A DNA stretch of 64,000 nucleotides. It comes from an uncultured archaeon. GTDB taxonomy: Archaea > Asgardarchaeota > Lokiarchaeia > Sigyniarchaeales > SOKP01. Under the pieces are notes generated by a model, which had not been told where the DNA came from, did no database searches, and saw nothing but the letters and a program-made list of their open reading frames with translations. The stretch spans positions 1 to 64,000 of the forward strand of contig CAZALK010000005.1 of NCBI GenBank assembly GCA_964486045.1, read 5' to 3'. How positions within the stretch are numbered: position 1 is the first letter of the stretch; each line of letters opens with the position of its first letter. Positions 50,721 through 61,181 of the stretch are shown here, in pieces. A program made the position numbers and the translations under genes.

Positions 50721-51989
50721 TTATGTTCCGTCTTCATAGCCATGGATGTAGTTATATTGCTCCTCTGTTAGCTTGTCGATCTTTACACCCATTGCTTGTA
50801 ATTTTAGAAAGCCAACCCTATCATCGATTTCAATAGGTACATTAACCATCCCAGGCTTTAGACTGTCCTTATTTTTCACAATATACTCTGACATAAGAGA
50901 TTGCAAACCAAATGACATGTCCATTACTTCTGCTGGATGCCCTTCTGATAACACCAAATTCGCTAAACGACCCTTAGCCAGAATATAAATCTTTTTACCA
51001 CCGGGAAAGATGAGTTCTTCTACGTTACTTCTAATTGGGTTAATTTCTTTAGCATACTCATATAATTCTTTAGTTGGGATTTCAATATCAAAATGACCTA
51101 AATTTCCCAAAATAACTCCGTCTTTTAGAGCATCAAAATTTTCTTTTGTAGGCAGTATTACGTGCTTACAACCAGTAGCAGTTAGGATAATTTCTGCTGT
51201 TGGTAAGGTCTCTGCTATAGGTTTCACATTAAATCCCGCAAACTTAGCTTGAAGGGCTTTTATTGGATCTATTTCTGTTACAGTAACATTAGCACCTAAA
51301 CCTCTGGCTCTAAGTGCCATTCCTCCAGAACAATGTCCATAGCCCGCAATTACAACATTTTTTCCTGCGAAGAGTACATGCATTCCATAGATTGCAGCTA
51401 CAATACCTTGTCCTGTACCTAATTCATTATCAAATTGGTTTTTGCATCGTGCATCATTTACAGGGAAAAGTGGTACTTTTAAATCTCCAGCCTTATCCAT
51501 TGCTTTAAATCGCTTTACGCCAGTTGTTGTTTCTTCTTGACACCCTATAATTACACCGTCAGTAATTAATTCGGGAAACTCTTTATGAGCTGTAACGATC
51601 ATATCAGCCCCGTCATCAATGAGGATATTAGGTTTAGCTTTTAAACACTCACGAATACACCAATAAAATTCTCCATCTGTATTGCCGTGCCATGCAAAAG
51701 TATTGATATCTTCCTTTACTAAGGCGGCAGCTACATCGTCTTGAGTGGATAACGGATTGCTACCACATAACCAAACATCAGCACCACCTGCTTTTAAGGT
51801 TCGCGCTAAATTTGCAGTTTCTTTAGTAATATGTAAGCATCCTGCAATAGTTATACCTTCTAAAGGCTTTTCCTTTGCGAAACGCTTCCGAATAACCTTA
51901 GCAGTCACCGGCATCTTGATTTCCGCAACATATATCGATTCTAATCCTTTTTCTGCTAAACTTTCATCAGCAACTTTAAAATTTACCAT
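50721..51989 (-). CDS. ahcY: S-adenosylhomocysteine hydrolase
   Basis: GCLHIT.ETA, SNPLSTQD, DDGAD, EETTTG and GHPAEVMDMSF motifs. Confidence 0.97.
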   Translation of the reverse strand: MVNFKVADESLAEKGLESIYVAEIKMPVTAKVIRKRFAKEKPLEGITIAGCLHITKETANLARTLKAGGADVWLCGSNPLSTQDDVAAALVKEDINTFAWHGNTDGEFYWCIRECLKAKPNILIDDGADMIVTAHKEFPELITDGVIIGCQEETTTGVKRFKAMDKAGDLKVPLFPVNDARCKNQFDNELGTGQGIVAAIYGMHVLFAGKNVVIAGYGHCSGGMALRARGLGANVTVTEIDPIKALQAKFAGFNVKPIAETLPTAEIILTATGCKHVILPTKENFDALKDGVILGNLGHFDIEIPTKELYEYAKEINPIRSNVEELIFPGGKKIYILAKGRLANLVLSEGHPAEVMDMSFGLQSLMSEYIVKNKDSLKPGMVNVPIEIDDRVGFLKLQAMGVKIDKLTEEQYNYIHGYEDGT

Positions 51990-52126
51990 TAGAATTCACT
52001 TTTTGATTTTTAAGAATATTAATTTTAATTAATTAATAAAACTTTTTTTGGTAAAAAGCAAATATTCATATATTAAATTTAACATTTGATTAATAGTAAA
52101 TCAAAAATCTGAAAAATTGTAATAAG

Positions 52127-53425
52127 ATGAGATATATTAGAGATCAGTTAGAAGCTCAACGTTTTATAAAGAATTTAAGTGGTAAAACCAAATTTATTAT
52201 TTCAAGAAATTCACGAGCTATAGGGCTTTCTAGACAAACATATCAAAACAAACTTGACCGTTTGAGAGATCAACAAATAATTACCAATTTTACCATTAAT
52301 ATTAATCCAAGTCTTCATCCAAATAATCTGAAATATGTAATGCTTGAAATCAAAACCAACCCTCAAGAACCGGAATTGGTGAAAAATCTATTAGAAATAC
52401 CTCATTTAAGAATGTTGGATGGGATTATTGGAGATTTTTCTTTATTCGCCTTATTTATCTTTAATTCCCCTGAAGAATATTACCAGATATTAAATACGAT
52501 TGATAAAATAATGTCTAAATCATATTTTAAAAAATATCAAATAATTGACACCATTAAGGTTTTTAAAACAAATGGGATTAGTCTTAAGAACTCAAAAATG
52601 TCTATTGAAGAAGCTCTTCTTCAAAAACTTTTAGATCAATTAATTGATAAAATAAAAGAAAAACAAGTCTATGAAAGCGAAAATATAATAATAGAAATTT
52701 CAGAAAGAATTGATTTAAATCAAATTGCTCAAAACAATGCAGATATTGAGTATAATCCCGAGAGATTCCCAGGGATTGTAATTAGAATTGAAAATCACCC
52801 CACAACAATTTTAATCTTCTCAAATGGCAAAATGGTTGTGAATGGTTTAAAGAATGCAACAGAAGCAGAGCTCGTTACAGATAAAATAATTGAAATTAGA
52901 AATAAAATTGGATTAAAATTAGATAAAAGAAACAAAGGCTTAAATTTTGAATTAGACAGTATTGATTTTAATATTTTAAAAATATTACGAGATGGTCAAG
53001 GGCTAAAACCAATATCTACTTATGAAATACGCAAAATATTTGAGGAAAAACTTAAAATAGAAATTTCTCAATCAACTATTCATAACAGAATTAAAAAACT
53101 TGAAAGAGAAAGCATTATCTTAAATTATAATGTAAATTTTAATCCAAAAAAAATTGGTTTTAAAGGAAAATATCTCCTTCGAATTAAACCAAAAGATCCT
53201 TCAAAGTACAATGAGCTTGCGTTAAGGTTGGATATGAATAAAAATATAACTGATTTATTTCGAATAGGTGAACAATATGGACTTTTCGCTATAGTAAGAG
53301 TAAAAAAAATTGAAGATTATGCGATTTTTATCAAGGATTTATATAACTCGGATGAAATCGAGGATACTTATACAAATTTTGTATTGGATGAGTTAATTTC
53401 TTACACTAATTTTATAATATCATAG
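52127..53425 (+). CDS. Tandem Lrp/AsnC regulator with an internal TATA-binding-protein (TBP) domain
   Basis: Two HTH+RAM units; between them IDLNQIA...EYNPERFPGIVIRI...ILIFSNGKMVVNG (aa about 183-263). Confidence 0.85.
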   Translation: MRYIRDQLEAQRFIKNLSGKTKFIISRNSRAIGLSRQTYQNKLDRLRDQQIITNFTININPSLHPNNLKYVMLEIKTNPQEPELVKNLLEIPHLRMLDGIIGDFSLFALFIFNSPEEYYQILNTIDKIMSKSYFKKYQIIDTIKVFKTNGISLKNSKMSIEEALLQKLLDQLIDKIKEKQVYESENIIIEISERIDLNQIAQNNADIEYNPERFPGIVIRIENHPTTILIFSNGKMVVNGLKNATEAELVTDKIIEIRNKIGLKLDKRNKGLNFELDSIDFNILKILRDGQGLKPISTYEIRKIFEEKLKIEISQSTIHNRIKKLERESIILNYNVNFNPKKIGFKGKYLLRIKPKDPSKYNELALRLDMNKNITDLFRIGEQYGLFAIVRVKKIEDYAIFIKDLYNSDEIEDTYTNFVLDELISYTNFIIS

Positions 53426-53583
53426 AGAATAAGAGATAGTAAAAGGATTCTTTTTTAATTGTTTAATGCATTCTTCAATTATCGAAAAATTTCTTTTTCC
53501 TAAATTCTTAATAATTTTGGCTGATTAGAGAACTTAAGCTGAACAAATTTAATTCGATAAATTAATCCTTCTTATTAAAAAGA

Positions 53584-55665
53584 ATGAGCAATTTTTTTGA
53601 ACTCTTGGAAAATAGAATTGGTTTTTCAAGAATTGGTAGGATAAATTTATCTAAAGAGAGGAAACTCTATATAAGGACACCAAATGTCACTATTCCAATT
53701 AAGAATGTCTTGATGAAACAGTTTAGCTTCATACAAGAATTTGAAAATCACGACTTATTCATTATATCAAAAGAAATTTTCTTGAAGATAGGTTTTCTTA
53801 GAGAAAAATTCAAAAATACTGGTTTTATTTTTTCCAATCCAGGTACATTTGAAAAATACGAGAAGATTTTAAGAAAAAATGAAGAAATTTTTACCAAAGA
53901 TAATGTTTTATCGATTATCCCTTTCAATTTTCCCTCAACAGCAATAGGAATAGATTTTGCAAGAAGAGAAGTCAGGTTTTATCTTTCTAATGCTACCAAA
54001 ATATTAAAAACTTATTCTAAAATTAATTTTGGTTTATCAATTAGGCTTTATGGTTATTCAGAGTTAATTCACCTTTATATTCCAACAATTAAGGAGTACG
54101 AAAATATAAAAATCCTAAATTTAGTTGATCTATTTGATAATTTCAACAATTTCAGGAATATTATTAACATTCTTGTTGAAATCAAAACACAATTGGATAA
54201 TAATATAGTTATCATGGCTTCTGGGAAAATAATTCCTAAATATTATCCTATATTAGTATATTTGGGGATAGATTTAATTGATTCCTCCTTTTTATTATAC
54301 AAGTCGGCTGAAAATTTGTATGATACCATCGAGTATTTTCTTCCAAGATATAAAGTTAAATATTTGCCTTGTTCTTGCGTTGCATGCAAAGGAAATTTGA
54401 AAAACCTTGTTAGTTCTAGATATTCAAGCGAAATGTTAGATTTACTTTGCTTACATAACCTAATTGTAGCCCTTAATTACATGATGAAAATCAAACAATA
54501 CTTACGTTATGAAGATTATAGGGGATTCGTTGAAAAGTCATCTCTTGATGATATTGCCTTAATTTCAATGTTAAAAATCTTGGATAAAGATTACTTTAAT
54601 CTTATTCGGTTTGAAACACCTATCTCCCAAAAAAATAAAAAGATTAATTGCCTAGGACCTTCTTCATATAATCGACCAGATTTTAGAGAATTTAGGCAAA
54701 GATCGGTTAAAAGTTTTGAACCAGAACCATGGACCACTATGATTATTGTATTACCTTGTTCTGCTAAAAAACCTTATTCATTATCAAAATCACATAAATT
54801 TTTTCATAGTGTACTTAGAAAGTTTCGCGAATTTGCAAATTTTCAAGAAATTATTCTAACATCCCCACTTGGAGCTATTCCGAGACAATTAGAGAACGTA
54901 TATCCAGTTAACTCATATGATATATCTGTAACTGGTGATTGGGATGACGCTGAAAAAGAAATAACGTCAGAAATGTTACACCAAATTGTAACAAAATATA
55001 ATGAAAATATTCCAATAATTTGCCATCTTGAGGGTGATTACCTTGATATCGCTGATATAGTTAATTCTAAATTACCGCATAATTTTTATTTTACAAAAGT
55101 TAATGGGAAAGTGACCTCTAAAGAATCTCTTAAATCACTTGAATCATTAGTAAAGCAGCATATAAGTGATTTTAGATCTTTAAAACCATTACCTGAAGGT
55201 AATTATTTATCTAATACTTGGATTAGAAAATTAATAAAAATATTAGATTATCAATTTGGTGAGGGATCAGGATTGAATATTATTAGAAACGAATTAGCTC
55301 CCCTCAAATTTAATTCTAATTCACAAATTAATTTGATTGATTTAATATCTAAAGAAAAAATAGGAGTCTTCAAAACTCTATCAGGTCAAATATGTTTGAC
55401 AATACAAGGTTTGAAAAGAATGGTTCAATCACCGTTTTCTATTGATTCAAATATTATCGTTTTTGATGGGCAAGAAATTCAGGGTAACAATCTATTTCGG
55501 CAAGGTATTTTAGATTTCAGCTCAGATTTGATCTCTAATAATTATGCTATCATTATTGATAAAGAAAAAAAGGAGATAATTGGAACCGGGAAACTAATTG
55601 TAGGCTCAAATTTTATAAAAAATTCTAAAACAGGAAGGATTGCTGAAATTAATGAAAAAAAATAG
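53584..55665 (+). CDS. arcS: Archaeosine synthase subunit alpha (TGT-like fold + DUF5591 + PUA)
   Basis: CSCVAC...HN, LPCSAKKPYSLSKSH, ILTSPLG.IPR.LE and YDISVTGDW motifs. Confidence 0.92.
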   Translation: MSNFFELLENRIGFSRIGRINLSKERKLYIRTPNVTIPIKNVLMKQFSFIQEFENHDLFIISKEIFLKIGFLREKFKNTGFIFSNPGTFEKYEKILRKNEEIFTKDNVLSIIPFNFPSTAIGIDFARREVRFYLSNATKILKTYSKINFGLSIRLYGYSELIHLYIPTIKEYENIKILNLVDLFDNFNNFRNIINILVEIKTQLDNNIVIMASGKIIPKYYPILVYLGIDLIDSSFLLYKSAENLYDTIEYFLPRYKVKYLPCSCVACKGNLKNLVSSRYSSEMLDLLCLHNLIVALNYMMKIKQYLRYEDYRGFVEKSSLDDIALISMLKILDKDYFNLIRFETPISQKNKKINCLGPSSYNRPDFREFRQRSVKSFEPEPWTTMIIVLPCSAKKPYSLSKSHKFFHSVLRKFREFANFQEIILTSPLGAIPRQLENVYPVNSYDISVTGDWDDAEKEITSEMLHQIVTKYNENIPIICHLEGDYLDIADIVNSKLPHNFYFTKVNGKVTSKESLKSLESLVKQHISDFRSLKPLPEGNYLSNTWIRKLIKILDYQFGEGSGLNIIRNELAPLKFNSNSQINLIDLISKEKIGVFKTLSGQICLTIQGLKRMVQSPFSIDSNIIVFDGQEIQGNNLFRQGILDFSSDLISNNYAIIIDKEKKEIIGTGKLIVGSNFIKNSKTGRIAEINEKK

Positions 55666-56752
55666 CATTACTGACGATTACAAAACAAAAATCTCTGAGA
55701 AAATAAAGTCTATAAGACTAAGGTCTTTGAACAAAAGGAAAAGAATTAGCAGAAAAGATCTTGATCGTCCTGTAAGTTTTTGGATTAAAAAAGACAGACT
55801 TGTCAATGAAGTTGGGAAAGAATTAACTATTATTCTAAGAACAAAAGGATGTAGTTGGGCTTTAGGTGAAACTGGAGGATGTTCTATGTGTGGTTATGTT
55901 CAAGATGCGAATATTGAAGAAGTTAATCAAAATCATATTCGAAATCAAATTGATTTTGTTTTAAACAACAAAATTAAGGAAATTTCAGAAGCTAATGAAA
56001 ATTTTGTAATAAAAATATTCAATTCAGGGAGTTTTTTTGATGAGAACGAGATTTCTGAAGAAACTAAACAATACATTTATGAAAAGGTAGCAAACATTGA
56101 TAATTTAAAAGAATTCATTATAGAGAGTCGACCAGAATTCATAAAATCTGAAAATCTTAAGGAATTAAAAGATTATCTAAAAGGAAAGTACGTAGAAATT
56201 GCAATAGGACTTGAGACTGTTAATGATTATATCAGAAATTATTACATAAACAAGGGAATGACATATGAAGATTTTATAAATGTATTTAAAATTTGTAAAG
56301 ATAATAGAATGGGTGTAAAAGCTTATTTATTGCTTAAACCTCCATTTCTTAATGAGGCAGGAGCAATAGATGATTGTGTAAATTCTATTAAAAATTTAGT
56401 TAAGTTAAAAGTCAATACAATATCTATTAACCCTCTAAATATCCAGAGAGGAACTCTAGCAGAGTACTTATGGTACAATAATAAATATCGCCCTCCTTGG
56501 TTTCATTCACTTTTTAAAGTTATAAAAAAATCAATATCTCAAAATGACCTTTTAAATGTAAGACTATTATCTGATCCTTCTGGAGCTGGAACAAAAAGAG
56601 GTATTCATAATTGTTTAAAAAGGGAATGTGAAAAAGCCGCTAAAAGAAGTCTACAAAAATTTGTATTCTCTCAAGAATTAGGTACATTAGACAATAATAA
56701 CTTTGAATGCGAGTGTAAAAGAAAATATCAGCTTCAAAAACATTTATATTAA
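55652..56752 (+). CDS. Archaeosine biosynthesis radical SAM protein RaSEA
   Basis: RTKGCSW...GGCSMCGY, FNSGSFFD, IESRPE and LLKPPFL motifs; follows arcS. Confidence 0.92.
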   Translation: MKKNSITDDYKTKISEKIKSIRLRSLNKRKRISRKDLDRPVSFWIKKDRLVNEVGKELTIILRTKGCSWALGETGGCSMCGYVQDANIEEVNQNHIRNQIDFVLNNKIKEISEANENFVIKIFNSGSFFDENEISEETKQYIYEKVANIDNLKEFIIESRPEFIKSENLKELKDYLKGKYVEIAIGLETVNDYIRNYYINKGMTYEDFINVFKICKDNRMGVKAYLLLKPPFLNEAGAIDDCVNSIKNLVKLKVNTISINPLNIQRGTLAEYLWYNNKYRPPWFHSLFKVIKKSISQNDLLNVRLLSDPSGAGTKRGIHNCLKRECEKAAKRSLQKFVFSQELGTLDNNNFECECKRKYQLQKHLY

Positions 56753-56966
56753 AAATTACTCCATACAAAATTTTGATTTAATAAACATTTTGATACTAAG
56801 TGAATATTATTTCTATCTTCATCCTTGAGCTTATTATTGATGCCAATAACCTCTTTTATGTATTACCCATTTTTGCAACAATATATAGTGAAAAACATTA
56901 TATTTAAATATGAGCTACCATCTTTAATTTTAAATTAAATTTTCATCTGCTTAGCAAGAGGATCTC

Positions 56967-57221
56967 TTGAAAAAAAAATGGGTTAAATTAAACCTATTCT
57001 ATATTGGACAATCAGCAAAAAGGCATCAAATCTTCAGAGTAAAACAATGGAATAGCAGTCTTGAAAGAATTTTAAAACAACTTTTATACGATGAGAACTA
57101 TAAAGTTATAGGTTTTATACAAGATATTTTTGGTCCAATTAACCTGCCATTTATTTCAATTAAAACTCTTCCAAATTCACAATTTGATCCCAATTTAAAG
57201 TTTTACACAAAATTAACTTAA
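56967..57221 (+). CDS. gar1: H/ACA RNP component Gar1/Naf1
   Basis: LYDEN..VIG.IQDIFGP...PFISIK; precedes tfb. Confidence 0.8.
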   Translation: MKKKWVKLNLFYIGQSAKRHQIFRVKQWNSSLERILKQLLYDENYKVIGFIQDIFGPINLPFISIKTLPNSQFDPNLKFYTKLT

Positions 57222-57256
57222 ATTTTAAACAGTCTTTAAAGCAAGATATAAATTTT

Positions 57257-58246
57257 TTGATTAAAAAGGTGGTATCGATTTCAAGTTGGAGAGAAATAAA
57301 CTCGGTTTCAATTGAATTTTTTAGTGTAGAGAGTAATAAGTGCATAGAATGCGGGAAGAATATATTTTTTGATGAAAACAGAGGTTTGCTAGTTTGTGAA
57401 GACTGCGGTTTAGTTCACTCTGAAAAACATATTGATCGGGGTCCAGAATGGAGAGCATTTGATGCAGATCAGAAGAAGAAGAGAACTAGAACAGGCGCAC
57501 CTATGACATATATGATTCACGATAAGGGACTTAGCACTATGATAGACTGGAAAAATAGAGATATCTTTGGAAAGGAAATCCCCGCGAAATTAAGGGGTCA
57601 AATATATCGCCTTCGAAAGTGGCAGAGCCGAATTAGAGTATCAGATGCAACTGAAAGAAATCTTACGTTCGCTCTTAGTGAACTTGATAGAATGGCATCA
57701 AATCTTGATCTTCAACAAAATCTAAGAGAGGGTGCTGCAAAAATTTATCGGGATGCTGTCAACGCCCATTTAATTCGTGGTAGGAGTATTGAGGGTGTTG
57801 CGGCAGCAAGTTTATATGCAGCATGCAGAATGTATAAAGTACCACGAACTCTAAACGAAATTGCTGAAGTCGCTCGTGTCGAGAAGAAGGAAATCAGTCG
57901 TTCGTTTCGATTTATTTCAACGGAGTTAGAGCTGAGTCTAAATCCAACTAAACCAATGGATTTTCTTACAAGGTTCATTTCAGAATTAGATTTATCTGCA
58001 GAATGCCAAAAAATTGCAAAACAAGTTATTAGAATGGCAGAAGACAGAGGATTAACGTCAGGTAGAGGCCCCACAGGTGTTTGTGCCGCTGCAATTTATG
58101 TTTCAAGCATTATCACTAATGAACGGAGAACTCAGAGAAGTATAGCTCGTGTCAGTTGTGTAACAGAGGTAACTGTCCGAAATCGTTTTAGTGAGCTTGT
58201 TGAAAACCTAAATCTAGGTATTTCATTAAAGAGAACCAATAAATGA
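57257..58246 (+). CDS. tfb: Transcription initiation factor IIB
   Basis: Zn ribbon CIECG...CEDCG, GPEWRAF and cyclin repeats RGRSIE / SGRGP. Confidence 0.98.
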   Translation: MIKKVVSISSWREINSVSIEFFSVESNKCIECGKNIFFDENRGLLVCEDCGLVHSEKHIDRGPEWRAFDADQKKKRTRTGAPMTYMIHDKGLSTMIDWKNRDIFGKEIPAKLRGQIYRLRKWQSRIRVSDATERNLTFALSELDRMASNLDLQQNLREGAAKIYRDAVNAHLIRGRSIEGVAAASLYAACRMYKVPRTLNEIAEVARVEKKEISRSFRFISTELELSLNPTKPMDFLTRFISELDLSAECQKIAKQVIRMAEDRGLTSGRGPTGVCAAAIYVSSIITNERRTQRSIARVSCVTEVTVRNRFSELVENLNLGISLKRTNK

Positions 58247-58440
58247 TTACTTTCTTCTTAATTAGATTTGGATGTCACAAAAATAATATTTTAACAAAAT
58301 GGTTTTTTGTTAAGTTAATTAAAAATCATTTCAAATCTCAAGCTCTAAGCGTATTATCTCCATCATATACCATTTAATGACCTAATTTTTTTATTTTTTA
58401 ATTATTAACTTGAAAAATTGATAGATTAGGTGTTATAAAA

Positions 58441-58776
58441 TTGGGTAATATACTAAATCAAGATGAGGTTAATTATTTCTTACAAAGGATAGAAAAAAAC
58501 TTCCCAAATTTTGTAGCAGGAATTATAACTGATAAACATGGTTTTCCTTTAGCGAGTAAAATATCTAAGAAACTATGGGTGCTTGAAAACACATTAGCGT
58601 TATCAGCAATTACAAAAAATCGCGATTTTATAGAGGACTCTAAATTGGTACAAATCAAGCGAGATTTGGATAAGAATAAAAACTACAGATTAATGATTTT
58701 ATTAGAAAAGTCTAAATATCACAAAAATCGTTTAAAACCTCTAAAAACCTTAATTAAAAGCCAGGATCTTTTCTAA
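58441..58776 (+). CDS. Roadblock-like protein
   Basis: AGIITDKHGFPLAS. Confidence 0.6.
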   Translation: MGNILNQDEVNYFLQRIEKNFPNFVAGIITDKHGFPLASKISKKLWVLENTLALSAITKNRDFIEDSKLVQIKRDLDKNKNYRLMILLEKSKYHKNRLKPLKTLIKSQDLF

Positions 58777-58983
58777 GATTGTGATCAGCAAGAACACAAG
58801 AAATAGAGTTTTTTATTGCGAGCCGTAGAAAAACAATTAGTTTGCTAAAATTTTTATATATAAAATTTCATCATTAACTAAATAAGGTTTGAGAAAAAAT
58901 ATATCGTTAGGTTTTAATAAATAGTGTTAAAATCTAAGAAAACCATTTTATAGAGATACCACACTTATTAGGTTGACAAATTT

Positions 58984-59451
58984 TTGAGTTTTTCAGAAGA
59001 TGAGTTAAAATTAAAGAAAGTATTAAATAATATTATTAATAGCACTCCTGGATTGAAATATGCAGTAATTGTTGACGATACAGGAATTACTATTCTGAGT
59101 CAATCTAAATTTACTTTTTCTGATAATAATGCTATATCTATTGAAAAAATTGGTGCAATTGGAGGAGCTGTCTTTGTTGCCGGTGAAGAACAAGGTCACA
59201 TTTTAGGATATGGAAATATTTCCCTACAAATTACAGAATATTTTGAAGGAATGATCTTTTCGATGAAAGTGGGTAAAGGAGTTTTATGTATAGCTACTGA
59301 TAAAAAAGTTCAAATTGGATTCATTATCGCTACAATGAAAAAACATGCATCCCGTATTGCTGCAATCCTAAATCAGTATTTACAAGTAGACCAGGGTGAA
59401 ATGAGTGAAGAAATCAAAGAATTGTTTAGATCTGATTTTATTGGATTATAG
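58984..59451 (+). CDS. Roadblock/LC7 domain protein
   Basis: PGLKYAVIVDDTGITI...IGAIGGAVF...GIGKGVL-like beta meander. Confidence 0.8.
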   Translation: MSFSEDELKLKKVLNNIINSTPGLKYAVIVDDTGITILSQSKFTFSDNNAISIEKIGAIGGAVFVAGEEQGHILGYGNISLQITEYFEGMIFSMKVGKGVLCIATDKKVQIGFIIATMKKHASRIAAILNQYLQVDQGEMSEEIKELFRSDFIGL

Positions 59452-59570
59452 TAAAAGAAAAAAATAACCTTGATGGCACCGAGGAGAACCAAAGATAATT
59501 CACAAAAAGTAAAGTTTTCTGAATTAAAATAATTTTAAATTTTGATAATTCATATTTTAATAAACTTCTG

Positions 59571-60080
59571 GTGAGTTTTTATTTGCATTTAGTTTTATCT
59601 TACTTTGATGGAATTCTGGGTCCAAGTGTGTTACTTTCCTACCCAGATGTAGTTTTAGAAGAAGATCTCATAAATAAGCTCAAGAAGTTTTTTGACTTAG
59701 AAATCGATGAAACATTTTTCGAAATCATTCTAATTACAAAAAAAAAAAAAATTATCAATTTTCATTTTGAAATACCGTCTGAGTGGGCTCGTGGTAAGAA
59801 AGAATTTGCTATGCTCTCTCTAATAATGAAATTAGATTATAAAAGTGAAGATCTTTATGCCTTTTTAGTTGATTCTTCATATAAAATTCTTAAAACCAAA
59901 AATGTGTATAAAGCATTTTATAAGTTTGATGAATTTCGCGACAACGATATAGAAATCGACTTAAACTATGAGATAATAAGAAAAATTCTCTTTAATTGCC
60001 TAAAAAGCTTAATTCTAAGAATAGAAGATAAGATTAAGGGTGTAAATAAAAAAGAACCCTTCCCTTTTTCCAAATTATGA
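59571..60080 (+). CDS. uDENN/longin-like protein
   Basis: LSYFDGILGPSVLLSYP and EIPSEWARG motifs. Confidence 0.65.
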   Translation: MSFYLHLVLSYFDGILGPSVLLSYPDVVLEEDLINKLKKFFDLEIDETFFEIILITKKKKIINFHFEIPSEWARGKKEFAMLSLIMKLDYKSEDLYAFLVDSSYKILKTKNVYKAFYKFDEFRDNDIEIDLNYEIIRKILFNCLKSLILRIEDKIKGVNKKEPFPFSKL

Positions 60081-60115
60081 AAAATTTTATAATCTAATTT
60101 TTCTACTATAATATT

Positions 60116-60430
60116 GGGAGTACAATGATGGAAAATATGCGCTTTCGAGGACTCATATGACCAAAAAATGATTATGCAGTGCAAAACAGCGCGAAAATCC
60201 AGAGTCTAATAATCAATATATGCAAGAACAATATGGGCTCTTATCTTAGCAAAGGTATACACCAAAGCAATGAGGATTGAGTCAGAAATCCCTATATTGC
60301 AGACATGATTATGTCCCAAATGTGCAAATGCCTGACACGAGAGAACATCTTTGATTTAAATGGATATACCTTAAGATGAAAAAGATTGTGTTAGTGTTTC
60401 AGGCAACAATTTTTCATATAGTCTTAAATT
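60116..60430 (+). ncRNA. Candidate structured ncRNA of about 300 nt, family not recognised
   Basis: ORF-free, GC-elevated, many nested helices, upstream TATA-like TTTTATAA (60085) and downstream T-run (60429-60436). Confidence 0.5.
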
Positions 60431-60513
60431 TTTTTTGTATTTACACTAGGCATTCTTAGCAAATCTGATAATGCAAACCTATCTTTACCATGAGAAAAAA
60501 TTAATTTAGTATT

Positions 60514-61113
60514 ATGAATATAATATTTTTCATTAAATCAGCTACAGTCTCCCTTGAAAACTATAATATTAAGGATATTCCTGGATCTTCTGGTCGATTG
60601 GACGTAATTTCAAGATGTATTCTTTCAGCAATACTAAGTAATAATGAATTTGAACGAAATATTCAGATATGGGTATTTTTAGATCGTTATGGTACATTTA
60701 TTTTTGATCCAGAGTTCTTCAATTATGAAACTTTCCCTAAAAATGAGTTACTCTTTACAGATTATTTTGTTGATCTCTTGAAAAAATATCCTACCCACAA
60801 AAATCCTCATCTTAATCCATTGAACTCAGTAAAAAGATCAAAAATGGGCATTTTAGAAGGGATAACACACTTTAAAAAGTTAAAATATGAAATATTTGTA
60901 CTAAAGGAAGGTTGTAAAGATTTCTTTAAATTAAGAAATGACATTCTACGGATGAATAGTATTATATTTATCCTTGGTAGCCAAGTGGATGAATTTCTTG
61001 ATTCAAAAGAATTATTAGAATTAAAAATTCCAACTATAAGCATTGGTTTTCAATCTTACTTAGCATCTTCTGTAATCCGATTATTGAAATTACATATATT
61101 AGCTTTACCATAA
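60514..61113 (+). CDS. trmY: tRNA (pseudouridine-54-N1)-methyltransferase (SPOUT)
   Basis: DIPGSSGRLDVISRCI, FILG and ISIG..SYLAS motifs. Confidence 0.8.
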   Translation: MNIIFFIKSATVSLENYNIKDIPGSSGRLDVISRCILSAILSNNEFERNIQIWVFLDRYGTFIFDPEFFNYETFPKNELLFTDYFVDLLKKYPTHKNPHLNPLNSVKRSKMGILEGITHFKKLKYEIFVLKEGCKDFFKLRNDILRMNSIIFILGSQVDEFLDSKELLELKIPTISIGFQSYLASSVIRLLKLHILALP

Positions 61114-61181
61114 ATTTTTATTATAAAGAAATTTTAAAGATAATAATCCTAGAGTTAAGAATTTAAGGATTTAGAAAGAAA

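Noticed and set aside
60116-60430. SRP RNA or RNase P RNA, suggested by size
   Set aside because: Lacks the SRP helix-8 CAGG-GNRA-AGCA motif and the RNase P GAGGAAAG/AACAGAA motifs on either strand
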